64,000 nt of DNA from Nitrosopumilales archaeon (GTDB lineage: Archaea > Thermoproteota > Nitrososphaeria > Nitrososphaerales > Nitrososphaeraceae): NCBI GenBank assembly GCA_044507735.1, contig JBIQJB010000002.1, forward strand, positions 1-64,000. Reading direction: 5' to 3'. How positions within the stretch are numbered: the stretch's first letter is position 1; every line of letters begins with the position of its first letter. The notes beneath the pieces were generated by a model. It worked only from the letters and a program-made list of their open reading frames with translations. It ran no database searches and was not told the DNA's origin. A program made the translations under genes and the position numbers. This document shows positions 1 to 14,101 of this stretch, piece by piece.

Positions 1-75
1 CAGGATGCAACGGCTAGTCAAGCCGAACAACACCCCGCGAATTTGCAACAGAACTCCCTCTACGCAAATACTAAT

Positions 76-103
76 ATATCACTAGTGATATTACTAGTGA
101 TAT
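76..103. promoter_or_regulatory. Tandem palindromic operator upstream of PadR gene
   Basis: Perfect palindrome ATATCACTAGTGATAT (76-91) overlapping near-perfect copy ATATTACTAGTGATAT (88-103), ending immediately before the ATG at 104. Confidence 0.65.
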
Positions 104-616
104 ATGATATCAGAATGGCTATCGAGAGTGGGAAGCTCAATACCGAGAGGCTTTTCCCGACAATACATACTCTCTTTGCTCAAGGACCGTTCCATGACGG
201 GCAAGGAAATAATTGACAAGGCCACAGAACAGAGCGGGGGCAAGTGGAAGCCGTCGCCAGGGTTGATCTACCCGCTGCTTGGAAGACTGCTTGAAGAAGG
301 ACTGGTCACGGAAGACAAGGACGGGCGATACACTATAACAAAAAAGGGCCTAGAGATCACATCCGATCTGGAGTCGTTTGGAAGCATATTGCAAAAACAG
401 ATCGATGTCATGATGCGCGTTGGCAACGTGGGCAAATTCATGGCGATGGATCTTATCGACAGGGTGACTGCGATCGGCGCGACACTCAGCTCAAACCTTG
501 ACTCCATGACGCAGGAAGAGCGAAACAAGTACCGTGAATTTCTCCAAAACGAGCTGAAAAAACTGGACGAGCAAGAGGCGCAAAAGGCGGCAAAAGAAAG
601 AGTCGACATAGAATGA
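104..616 (+). CDS. PadR-family winged-helix transcriptional regulator
   Basis: ILSLL..TGKEII..WKPSPGLIYPLLGRLLEEGLV..YTITKKG PadR signature. Confidence 0.9.
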   Translation: MISEWLSRVGSSIPRGFSRQYILSLLKDRSMTGKEIIDKATEQSGGKWKPSPGLIYPLLGRLLEEGLVTEDKDGRYTITKKGLEITSDLESFGSILQKQIDVMMRVGNVGKFMAMDLIDRVTAIGATLSSNLDSMTQEERNKYREFLQNELKKLDEQEAQKAAKERVDIE

Positions 617-626
617 GTGATGGGGC

Positions 627-887
627 CTAGGAAAGAAATCTCCTCATGCCTTCAAAGTCCTTCAGAAATTTCGAGCCGTGCGCAGTGATCTTGAATTCTC
701 TGTCGCTCATTCCTGTTTTTACGTAACCTTGCGCGAGCATGAATGCGAGGAGCTCGTTGATGACATTGCGCGAAAGATGCGTCACCTTAGCTAGATCGTC
801 CTCGGTGGCGACACCCTCTTCCACCAGCATGGCAAGATCATAAAAAACAACGAACTTGTCATGCGTCTCCAGTATCAAATCTGTCAT
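627..887 (-). CDS. Small winged-helix protein
   Basis: 86 aa; HTH plus wing, FKITAHGSKFL motif. Confidence 0.65.
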   Translation of the reverse strand: MTDLILETHDKFVVFYDLAMLVEEGVATEDDLAKVTHLSRNVINELLAFMLAQGYVKTGMSDREFKITAHGSKFLKDFEGMRRFLS

Positions 888-1010
888 TGCAGATTGGTTA
901 GTTGATATGTATATAATCTTACTTCAACAATTGGCTATTTGATTTTTCTGTAGTTTTGATACGTCTTTAATAAGTGCAAGTTATTAATGTTGGACTGGCA
1001 TTGTGTTAGC

Positions 1011-1370
1011 GTGACCGAACCTTCGATTGACCGGATCAAGAATCTGGTCGAATTGATGAACCGGCTGGAAATCCAGATAGCTACTGAAGTTGAATCGATC
1101 AAAGAACAATACTCAAAAGCGGCAGCATCCATGCCGGAGGACAAGAGCTACTTTCTAAACGGCGTGCAGACAAGCCCTGTTGTCAAGTCATACCTGCTTA
1201 CGCGCAGAGGAATTGAAGTGCCTGGCGAAACGACAATTCCAGTGCCAGAATTCATCGACAGCGTCATCCGCTTTGCGAATTATCCGAAGAGAAAGATCGA
1301 AGTGCTAAGCGATCTGTCTGCACACTTGCAGAACATTTATGGTCTTATCGGAAGGCAAGAGGCCCAGTGA
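1011..1370 (+). CDS. Hypothetical protein
   Basis: Helical soluble ORF; GTG start at 1011 preferred over 987. Confidence 0.6.
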   Translation: MTEPSIDRIKNLVELMNRLEIQIATEVESIKEQYSKAAASMPEDKSYFLNGVQTSPVVKSYLLTRRGIEVPGETTIPVPEFIDSVIRFANYPKRKIEVLSDLSAHLQNIYGLIGRQEAQ

Positions 1371-1433
1371 GTAGAAATATCTACTAGTCATTTATTCGAG
1401 AAGTTTTTATTTTACAGCGTCTGACAATTAGAT

Positions 1434-1697
1434 GTGAAATACCGGAGCAGGACCGACATCGCCGCTGCAATCCTTGAAGTAGCCATCGATGGTGCGGTCA
1501 AGACCCGGATAATGTACAGTGCCTTTTTGTCTTTTCCGCAGCTGAAGGAATATCTTGCAGTTCTACAAGAAAAGGGGCTACTTGACTACCTCCCAACTGA
1601 TCGTGAGTATCGTACGACCGAGAAGGGCAAACTGTTCCTAAAGATGTACAAAGATGTTGGCCAGATGATCTTTCCAAACTCTCCACAGAAAGAGTGA
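1434..1697 (+). CDS. Archaeal winged-helix regulator (HTH_45/ArnR1-like)
   Basis: MKYRSRTDI..IL..KTRIMY.AFLS..QLKEYL..YRTTEKG pattern. Confidence 0.85.
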   Translation: MKYRSRTDIAAAILEVAIDGAVKTRIMYSAFLSFPQLKEYLAVLQEKGLLDYLPTDREYRTTEKGKLFLKMYKDVGQMIFPNSPQKE

Positions 1698-1699
1698 GA

Positions 1700-1900
1700 T
1701 CAGACCCAAGGCCACGGTGTCATCCCTCTGATGCTGCACTGCTTTCGAATTATCGCCTTCGCCTTCCTGTCTGCATCAACTTCACTCGCCCCGCCCCTCA
1801 GGTATTGCAACAAGAGATCTCCATAAAGCTTCTTGGCGCGCTCCTCTGTAAACTCTTTGTACTTCTTTGTTTCCTGAATGATCTCGCCCGCTCCCTTCAT
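1700..1900 (-). CDS. Small hypothetical protein
   Basis: 66 aa ORF filling the gap, natural composition. Confidence 0.55.
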   Translation of the reverse strand: MKGAGEIIQETKKYKEFTEERAKKLYGDLLLQYLRGGASEVDADRKAKAIIRKQCSIRGMTPWPWV

Positions 1901-1973
1901 CTCCAGATATTCCTGCTTGCAGGCGTCACATGAATCATCGAAAAAGTCGGTATGAATTGTGCATTTTGTCGTA

Positions 1974-2612
1974 TTACATCACCGGGTCTTGTGTTATCTC
2001 CAAGCTTCCATCTGACCTGATCTCTATCCCCATGACTGCAAGGACTGACTTTGCATTTTCCAATCCTTCGCGCTGGATGATGTTCTCTGCCATCCTCAGT
2101 CTATAAGGTGCTGACCAGTGCTGCCCTATCTTGTACTTGCCACGCATCTCAGTTGGCACTACTTTGATTATTGCAACCTCTCGTACCACCGGCATCCCCG
2201 CGTCAAGCGGTTCATACCTGCCTTCCTTCTGGTACTTCCCCATCAACGCGTTTAGCGCTCTTGCCTTTTCCTCTGGATCGTGAACAAGTTCTGCCTTTCC
2301 CTTTATGACCACACTGATGTAGAGCGTGTCAGCCTGCGACGCGTCTGTAGGGTGGAAATAATAAGATGGCAAGAAGCAGACATGCTGGTCCACTTCAAAG
2401 CCGACATTTGGGTTTCGCCGAATATTGTCCAGCTTTTCGCCAAACGGAGCTGAGTGCATGTAGATGGCATTGTCGTGCCAGACAAAGTTCATCGGGATCA
2501 CCTGTGGGTAGCCATCCTTGTCGATCGATGCCACTCTGCCAGCAGGCTGGCTGTTTAGGAATTCAATCATCTTCTGCTTTGATTGTATCTCATACTTTTT
2601 TACCAGCTGCAA
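1974..2612 (-). CDS. Pyridoxamine 5'-phosphate oxidase-like flavin-binding protein
   Basis: GRVASI..GYPQVIPMNFV..IYMHSA..GEKLDNIRRNPNVGFEVD..YISVVIKG. Confidence 0.88.
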   Translation of the reverse strand: MQLVKKYEIQSKQKMIEFLNSQPAGRVASIDKDGYPQVIPMNFVWHDNAIYMHSAPFGEKLDNIRRNPNVGFEVDQHVCFLPSYYFHPTDASQADTLYISVVIKGKAELVHDPEEKARALNALMGKYQKEGRYEPLDAGMPVVREVAIIKVVPTEMRGKYKIGQHWSAPYRLRMAENIIQREGLENAKSVLAVMGIEIRSDGSLEITQDPVM

Positions 2613-3313
2613 TGCGCTGTTGTAAAGCTGTCATGTCGTTAAAAGTCTTCTTTCTTGTTTCTAGCGTTGTCAGCTACAACACGTACAACAAGCCCTAGTA
2701 GTAGACCATGATCGGGTGATCCGCTTCTCCAGTATGGATGGTTATCACATTTGACCGGTAGAACCGGAAACATGAATTGGACAAGAGCATCCAAAGAACA
2801 CAAATAGGTTTCAAACCGCTGATATTCCTATTAGTATTAGTGTCATGACCCAAAAGCCGGCGCCTGTTGGTATCAGGTTCCTGCTGGCCTTTAGGTACCT
2901 GCGAATTGACTTCGCTACGCTTCTGTGGTACAATATTATTTAGAGGTTTCAGCAGGCTGGCTACTCACGCCGGCAGTGCGAGATTTCGCTGCGGTCACCT
3001 TGATCTTCAGCCCCTGTGACCATCAGGCGTTTAGGAATGATTGCAGTGATAATCCTACTGATGCAGAGAGAGACGAGATGCGAGTCCTTCTCTGCAGAGC
3101 TTGATCTCATATCTTTACTTTTCACCGGCCCTCGTCACCATGTCATGGGCGACGTTTGACTCTTAATTGCACTCATTGAGCCCCGAGAAGCCTCGCGGTT
3201 TGGATGAGAATCATCCTCGGTGACACCATTCCATTGTGGATTCAACTCTGGACTCCCTGATGTGCGACTAGCACAAGTGAAAAGATATACGGCAGGATGC
3301 GTATTTTACACCT

Positions 3314-3532
3314 GTGAATCGCCGTACGATCCGAGCAGCAATTGCAGGCTGCATTGCGGCGCTAGCAGCCGCTGTCGCGTACGCGATAATCAGGCTGTTT
3401 GTGATGGGTCAGCGAGTCGATGTATCAATATTGTTTGTCAACGTCATTGCGTTTGCAGGCATTGCATTCTTTTTGATGTACTTGACAAAGAAGGATAGGG
3501 ATCTTGCAGAAGAAGAGCTTTTCAGGGACTGA
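3314..3532 (+). CDS. Small two-TM membrane protein
   Basis: Two hydrophobic segments, charged tail. Confidence 0.55.
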   Translation: MNRRTIRAAIAGCIAALAAAVAYAIIRLFVMGQRVDVSILFVNVIAFAGIAFFLMYLTKKDRDLAEEELFRD

Positions 3533-3576
3533 CCGGAGCAAATTTTAGTGACCACCTGCAATACAATGACACACCT

Positions 3577-3903
3577 ATGCAGGAAGAAAATATCAGATAC
3601 CGTATCAACCAGATGACAGACACTGGAACCACTGTCAACCTTGCATTGAGCGAGGATGTGGAACTTGAAACAGTGTCACAGCAGCAGATGATGCTTGAAG
3701 CGATCGACAGGGCGGTAACCGACAAGGAAGTCAAGGAGCAGATAAGGCCAATTCTTGAAGCTATCTTGCGGTCTCAACCGCAGACTGTTGTCAGGACCTA
3801 CTCTCAGACAGTTATCCAGATTACCATGCCGAAAAAGCGCTATGAAAAAATGGGAAGCCCCCGCGTTGGAGACAGGCTGCTCATAGACATCAAGAAGGCA
3901 TGA
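3577..3903 (+). CDS. Hypothetical protein, arcadin-1-like
   Basis: 108 aa; central [13 protein letters not shown] helix and C-terminal [26 protein letters not shown] resemble arcadin-1 as recalled. Confidence 0.55.
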   Translation: MQEENIRYRINQMTDTGTTVNLALSEDVELETVSQQQMMLEAIDRAVTDKEVKEQIRPILEAILRSQPQTVVRTYSQTVIQITMPKKRYEKMGSPRVGDRLLIDIKKA

Positions 3904-5986
3904 GTTGCTTTTCAAGCTCTTGCTGTGACTTGAGGGGGAGGGAGCAGGTAAAGTTCCTGCAGACAAACGCGGTGTTGGGATTACCTTCTCTACCTCTAAA
4001 GTATGCGTATTTTTTTTGCAGCGACTCTAGTTCGCCTGCGCTAACTATTGCCTTAATTCCATCGGGCAAGAACTGCCTGTTGAGCCATTCTGCCATCTCG
4101 CTGACTCCTCCGTCGGCTATGACCGTTACCTCTACGGGCTTCTTTACATAGAGGTAGATCGAGTTGAGCATCTGACCAAAGCCAAACGGATTTTCGGCCG
4201 CAGGTCTGGCCCCTGCCTTCATTATACTTACCGCGCAGTTCAGATAGTCGTCATTCTGTGTATAGTGGTAGAGCCGCAAGAGGTTGGCAGCGGCTACGGA
4301 GTTGCCGCTTGGGATCGCAAGGTCGTAAAAGCTCTTTGTCCTCACTATCAGCTTCTCGTGGTCGTCTGATGTAAAGAAAAGGTTGCCTTCCTTTTCGTCC
4401 CAGAAATGCTTGATCATAAAGTCGGTATAAGTGATAGCCTTGTCAAGGTATGCTTGCTTTGAGTCGACTGCGAACAGGTCCAGCAGTCCGCTTACATAGA
4501 ATGCATAGTCATCAAGATATGCGTTGAGCTTGGCACGGCCGTCCTTGAATGTGCGCAACAGTCTGCCGTCTCCGGTAGCGATCTTGCTTTCAACGAAATC
4601 TACTGCCCTTCTTGCTGACTGCAGGTATTTCGTGTCTCCTGTGATGCCATAGCCTCTGGCAAAGCCAGAGATCATCAATCCGTTCCAGGAGGTCAGGATC
4701 TTTTCATCCCTTCCTGGCCTGACTCTCTTCTCTCTTGCCGCAAATAGCTTGGCGGATGCATCGGCAACTATCTGCGCGGCCTGCTCAGGCGTCTTGCCGT
4801 ATCGAGTGGCCACACTTGAAAGTGGCACCCGCACATTGAGGATGTTATGACCTTCAAAGTTGCCGCCTTCTGTCACCCCGTAATGTTCGCAAAAAATGTC
4901 TGATGCAACTTGATCGCCGATGGTGGATGCGATCTCTTTTTTACTCCAGACGTAAAACTTGCCTTCCTCGCCTTCAGAGTCTGCGTCCAGTGCAGAATAA
5001 AAGCCGCCATCTGGGTGTGTCATTTCCCGGATCACAAAGTCCAAGGTCTTCCTTGTGACTTGAGCATACTTTTCCTCCTTGGTGATCTGGTAAAGTTCAG
5101 AATAGAGCTGTGCGAGGAGGGCATTGTCGTAAAGCATCTTTTCAAAGTGGGGTATCAGCCACTTCTGGTCGGTCGCATAGCGCGCAAAGCCACCGCCAAG
5201 CTGGTCGTGTATGCCGCCTGCAGCCATCCTGTCCGCGGTGAAAGCCACAAAGTCCTTGAATCTGTTGAGTCCCGAAATGTCATAGTACCTCAAGAGAAAC
5301 ATGAGGTTTGAGGCGTTGGGAAACTTTGGAGCCTGTCCAAAGCCGCCATATATTGGGTCGCCCATCTGCAGAAGGCCCATCGCTGCCTCATCGAGAATGG
5401 AGCGCTCTAGGCTTGCGTGCTCTGCCATGCCCGGTGCAATGTCTCTTGCAGTCTGTGCAAGCGCATCCATGAACTCCCCACTCGCCGCCACTACCTCGTG
5501 CTTCTTGTTCTTGTATGCGGTGGCAAGCTGGAGCAGTATGGTCTTGAAGCCGGGCATGTTGTAGCGCCCGCCTTCCTTTGGAAAATACGTCCCAACATAG
5601 AAAGGCTTTTGATCTGAAGTCAGAAAGACGGAAAGAGGCCATCCGCCAGTTCCTGTCGCAAGCTGGCAGACTCGCTGGTAAATGTCGTCAATATCTGGCC
5701 TCTCTTCCCTGTCGACTTTGATATTGATGAATTCCTCGTTCATTATTCTTGCAACCTCATCATCTTCAAACGACTCGTGTGCCATCACGTGGCACCAGTG
5801 ACACGCGCTGTAGCCAATGCTCAGGAAGATGGGCTTGTCCTCTCTTCTTGCGCGCTCTAGTGCTTCTTCACCCCATGGATACCAATCCACAGGGTTGTAG
5901 GCATGCTGCAAAAGGTATGGGCTCGATTCTTGAAGTAATCTGTTTGGCCTCTTGCCTTGATGATGATGGCCAGAATGTTCTTGCAT
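3890..5986 (-). CDS. Thioredoxin-domain/alpha-alpha toroid protein (YyaL/DUF255, SPATA20-like)
   Basis: [48 protein letters not shown]; start at MQEHSG inferred. Confidence 0.95.
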   Translation of the reverse strand: MQEHSGHHHQGKRPNRLLQESSPYLLQHAYNPVDWYPWGEEALERARREDKPIFLSIGYSACHWCHVMAHESFEDDEVARIMNEEFINIKVDREERPDIDDIYQRVCQLATGTGGWPLSVFLTSDQKPFYVGTYFPKEGGRYNMPGFKTILLQLATAYKNKKHEVVAASGEFMDALAQTARDIAPGMAEHASLERSILDEAAMGLLQMGDPIYGGFGQAPKFPNASNLMFLLRYYDISGLNRFKDFVAFTADRMAAGGIHDQLGGGFARYATDQKWLIPHFEKMLYDNALLAQLYSELYQITKEEKYAQVTRKTLDFVIREMTHPDGGFYSALDADSEGEEGKFYVWSKKEIASTIGDQVASDIFCEHYGVTEGGNFEGHNILNVRVPLSSVATRYGKTPEQAAQIVADASAKLFAAREKRVRPGRDEKILTSWNGLMISGFARGYGITGDTKYLQSARRAVDFVESKIATGDGRLLRTFKDGRAKLNAYLDDYAFYVSGLLDLFAVDSKQAYLDKAITYTDFMIKHFWDEKEGNLFFTSDDHEKLIVRTKSFYDLAIPSGNSVAAANLLRLYHYTQNDDYLNCAVSIMKAGARPAAENPFGFGQMLNSIYLYVKKPVEVTVIADGGVSEMAEWLNRQFLPDGIKAIVSAGELESLQKKYAYFRGREGNPNTAFVCRNFTCSLPLKSQQELEKQLMPS

Positions 5987-6142
5987 CTGTTGGAGATGCA
6001 GCTGAATGATATATAGACTTTGTAACTTGCCGAAAAATTTCACAACCGGTTATATTTGATGCCTGCAAAAGATGAGTCAGCTCGAAAATAACTGGATCGA
6101 TGACGCTTGAACCTCCTTTTTGCTCGTGTAAATCGCCTTGAG

Positions 6143-6160
6143 CAAAGATTTATATCAGTA
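6143..6160 (+). promoter_or_regulatory. Candidate BRE/TATA promoter of the rRNA operon
   Basis: Purine-rich CAAAGA followed by TTTATAT about 230 nt upstream of 16S. Confidence 0.4.
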
Positions 6161-6296
6161 TATTGTAAAGGAAAAAAGCGAACGTAACCTTTAAGGCGGC
6201 GTCAGTGATGATGTTTGGTCTTAGTGCCATTTTGTGATTCACTGACCTCCAGTTGCGCTCATAATATGGGGATCTGATGTCAACATTAGATCCGAC

Positions 6297-6356
6297 TCGG
6301 TCACACGAATACACACCCAAATGCGATCCGCACAATAACAAAGTTGTCCGGCCGTA
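6297..6356 (+). other. 5' strand of 16S processing stem with bulge-helix-bulge
   Basis: Complementary to ~7860-7911; helix GCAC(6330-33)/GTGT(7878-81) with 3-nt bulges AAT and AAA. Confidence 0.85.
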
Positions 6357-6382
6357 CTCTTCATATTAAAGAAAAAGGATTG

Positions 6383-7853
<1,471 letters not shown>

Positions 7854-8112
7854 AGTTTAACGGTCCGGGCAACTGTTGTGTAAAGGGTCGTATTTGACAC
7901 GTGTGACCGAATTTAATATGCAGCTCCCTACGAAAGTAGGGCGTGAAGGACGCAGCGGGGTAACACCCGCAATGACCGTCGTGCAAAGGATCACAGGAAA
8001 CACGCCACGATTGTCATAACTGACAGAGTGGAAATATGTGGCTTTACGGAAATGTTCGCGTAAAATTTCCGGGGCTGCAATAGTAAAAGAAATGGTGTAC
8101 CTGGTATAGTGC

Positions 8113-11070
<2,958 letters not shown>

Positions 11071-11149
11071 GACTTGGATTTGTTTGTGCCACCGCAAAGT
11101 CGGTGGTTTGCCACTGAAGTACGGTGGTAACAAACGCACCATGTCTCCA

Positions 11150-11222
11150 AAGTTGCGGCTCCGGAAATACGTAAAGAACAACGTGACCGTAAAGAAATGC
11201 TGTGATCCTTTGCACGACGGCC
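11150..11222 (+). other. 3' strand of 23S processing stem with bulge-helix-bulge
   Basis: Pairs with ~7976-8080; helix GCGT(8058-61)/ACGT(11169-72) with two AAA bulges. Confidence 0.85.
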
Positions 11223-11531
11223 AGCGTCGCCTTTTTAGTTCTATCTCATGCTAGTGGTTTTTGGTTTTTTTCCAAATTCATTCCACGACTTTCCTCATGG
11301 TCTGATAGCTACTTTGAGTGTGACAGTGGACCTGGATTTTCAATCCTGATGTGGTGCCTGCTTTTGCGGTTCAATTCTTGCCGCTCCTTCGTCAGGTGTG
11401 GTGAAGAATCGTAGTAACTGGTGGAACCAAGCTCCTGCTCAGTTGAGGACAATAATCGACTCTTCTTGATTCATTGATTTTGCCCTTCACCCAAACATTA
11501 AATCTGGGGAGAAAAGCTCCACTGTAAGAAA

Positions 11532-12506
11532 TTGTCTGTCTGCATTTCTCACAAGGAAGACGCCGATGGCATCTGCTCTGCGGCGCTGGTCAAGGCGGCG
11601 TTTGACGTGTCAAAGGTGGTCCTAGTAGACTATGCAAACCTGATTACAAAACTGGAAAAGGTGGCAGAGTCTGACAAGGTCGAGCAGTTGTTCATCTGCG
11701 ATTTGGGGTTATCAAAAAAGAACGAGCAGAGATTCGTTGAGTTGCTCGGGAAAATTGCTTCCAGTGGTGCAGACATCACCTACATTGACCACCACGACAT
11801 CAGCAGGGAAACTGCGCAGGCGCTCAAGAAGGCAGGCGTGACGCTAATCCATACTATTGAAGAGTGCACGAGCGTGCAGGTCTACTCAAAATACAAGAAA
11901 AAGCTGCCAGAACACGCGGCATTTCTGGCATCGATGGGCGCGCTCACCGACTATATGGAATGCAGGCCCTCTGCATCGACCATAGTACCGCGCTTTGACC
12001 GGCAGTTTCTGATGTTAGAGTCAACTTCTTTATCGTACATGATTTCTGCAAGCCAGCACGAGGACGATTTTCTCATCAAAATAGTTGACACGCTGGCCAA
12101 GATGAAATACCCTCATGATGTCAGGGGCGGCTTTGAGATTGCAGAAAAATATGCCAAAAAGGTGGCAAGCGCGGTACAGCAGATCCAGGATTCTGTGGTC
12201 AAGCTTGAAAACCTTGCACATGCTCCAAGCACGGTCGAATTGTCGTCAAGTATGGTAGTCAACTTTGTTCTCGGTTCTTCCGGCAAGCCGGCTGCCATGG
12301 TCTACAAGTTCAAGGATGACATCAATTCCTACGTTGTTTCTATACGCGGATCTGCGAGCTGCAAGGTCCATCTGGGCAGGCTTGTCAATGAAGTGGCGTC
12401 TGAGCTTGGCGGTAGCGGCGGCGGGCATGAGAAGGCGTGCGGAGCTGTGATCCCAAAAGACAAACTGCAGGATTTCGTCAAATCTTTGGACGAAAGAATA
12501 AAGTGA
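11532..12506 (+). CDS. DHH/DHHA1 family phosphoesterase (RecJ/NrnA-like)
   Basis: HKEDADG, ICDLG, YIDHH, SIRG..GGGHEKACG motifs. Confidence 0.92.
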   Translation: MSVCISHKEDADGICSAALVKAAFDVSKVVLVDYANLITKLEKVAESDKVEQLFICDLGLSKKNEQRFVELLGKIASSGADITYIDHHDISRETAQALKKAGVTLIHTIEECTSVQVYSKYKKKLPEHAAFLASMGALTDYMECRPSASTIVPRFDRQFLMLESTSLSYMISASQHEDDFLIKIVDTLAKMKYPHDVRGGFEIAEKYAKKVASAVQQIQDSVVKLENLAHAPSTVELSSSMVVNFVLGSSGKPAAMVYKFKDDINSYVVSIRGSASCKVHLGRLVNEVASELGGSGGGHEKACGAVIPKDKLQDFVKSLDERIK

Positions 12507-12514
12507 AAATCGAG

Positions 12515-12970
12515 CTAGATTTCGACGATAAATTCAACTTCTACAGCGCTGTCAAGTGGCAAGCTGCTCACCCCCACTGCAGCACGAGCGTGCTTGCCGG
12601 ACTCTCCAAATACTTGCACCAGGAGGTCTGAGGCTCCATTGACCACCTTGGGCTGATCGGTAAAGGATGGCTCGCAGTTGACAAATCCTGTCACCTTGAC
12701 TACGCGCTTGACTTTGTCAAGGTCGCCCAGCGCAGACTTGAGCTGTGCCAGCGCGTTTATTGTGCAGAGGCGCGCAGCCTGCTGGCCGGCTTCAATCGGG
12801 ATATCTCTGCCCACCTTTCCCTTGAACTTCACCTGGCCGGCTTCAGAGGGGATTTGACCCGCCACAAATGCCAGGTTATGCGAAATGACTACTGGAACGT
12901 AAGATCCAGCAGGCGCGGGGGGCGACGGCAATGTTATCCCAAGGGAAGCAAGCTTATCTTCTATCACCAT
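12515..12970 (-). CDS. RidA/YjgF family protein
   Basis: [45 protein letters not shown]; start MVIEDK. Confidence 0.92.
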   Translation of the reverse strand: MVIEDKLASLGITLPSPPAPAGSYVPVVISHNLAFVAGQIPSEAGQVKFKGKVGRDIPIEAGQQAARLCTINALAQLKSALGDLDKVKRVVKVTGFVNCEPSFTDQPKVVNGASDLLVQVFGESGKHARAAVGVSSLPLDSAVEVEFIVEI

Positions 12971-13353
12971 ATGTGCACTTGATCGTGCTTGGTGCTCTAT
13001 TTTACCTTTGCACGAGTTGTTGCGTATAGTTGCGAAAAAAGTTAACATTTCAAGGAGGTTTCTGACCATCCAGCGCTATCCCGTAGCCTTTTGACATGGC
13101 CTAGCGCGACAAGCTGACGACCCTTCAACGATCTCTGATTGGGAGCTTGCTGGTGGGGGGCAGAAGAGGTTGCTTTTGCTGCCACCGAAGGCGGCTGATA
13201 ATGGGTGAGCTGGAAAAGACGAACCGGTGCAAGAAGGTCTGCACACGAGCGCCTGTGTATGGGCATGGCAGTCACTACAAGATCTATGTCCGTGCAACAG
13301 AGCGCAAAAATGCGAATATTTTTAAAAAGCATCATCCCAACCAGTGGTAGGTT

Positions 13354-13623
13354 ATGGCGCACGAACACACTGAGGGCGGATATGGCACTAGCCCGCACAT
13401 GAAGGCTGTCGCATGGTCGATCCTCGTCATGGGTGTCTCTCTGGCCATCGTCATCGTCCTGTATGTCTGGTTCGGATGGATGGCGGGGTCAAACTTTTCC
13501 GATGGAGTCATGAGGGAGCAGCAAGCCCAGCTCAGGCAGCAATATGGTCTGCCTCCTGCCGAGGAGGTGCCTGAGGATCTCTTGGAAATTCCGCCGTCAA
13601 TGAGGAACCTGGTGTCAAAGTAG
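13354..13623 (+). CDS. Small single-pass membrane protein
   Basis: One long hydrophobic segment and Q/P-rich tail. Confidence 0.65.
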   Translation: MAHEHTEGGYGTSPHMKAVAWSILVMGVSLAIVIVLYVWFGWMAGSNFSDGVMREQQAQLRQQYGLPPAEEVPEDLLEIPPSMRNLVSK

Positions 13624-13770
13624 GTCCTCGTCTATTCTTTCTATCTTATCGACATATTGGGCACAATCGCAATCCGGCACAAGGCAGCGCCCGACCCGCA
13701 AAAGCGAGCTGTCTCCTCCCTTGTTGAATTCATGGACCTGGTGCGGGTGTAAGCATTTCAGACAGTTCAT
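13615..13770 (-). CDS. 51-aa Cys/His metal-binding microprotein (not in ORF track)
   Basis: Manual translation MNCLKCLHPHQVHEFNKGGDSSLLRVGRCLVPDCDCAQYVDKIERIDEDLL. Confidence 0.7.
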   Translation of the reverse strand: MNCLKCLHPHQVHEFNKGGDSSLLRVGRCLVPDCDCAQYVDKIERIDEDLL

Positions 13771-14101
13771 TGGCGCTAACAACGATTTCTGCCTTCCGGA
13801 TAATTAAAACCTGTGGCCACAAAGACGCAATGGCGGTTCGTGCTTGGCCCAGCAACACCTCCTGGCTCTGTTCTTCTTGCCCGCAAACCAGGTGTCCAGC
13901 ACGATCTCACGCTTGCATCCCCTTGGCCATGGTGAAGAGTTGTTCCCTGCATCTCACGCCATGCACGGGGAAATGTCTGCGATGTTGCTTAATTCACGAA
14001 TTAGATCATACATCGATCAAGTTTGCATCTTCAGCGGCCTGTGGTGAAAAGACACGCAGACAAAAAACAAAAGATTATAGAGCAATCTGCTTTTCGCAGT
14101 C

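Noticed and set aside
2700-3300. Long intergenic stretch as a possible ncRNA
   Set aside because: No recognisable structure or known RNA motif
13040-13350. Cys/His-containing short ORFs upstream of RidA
   Set aside because: Overlapping frames with no coherent motif
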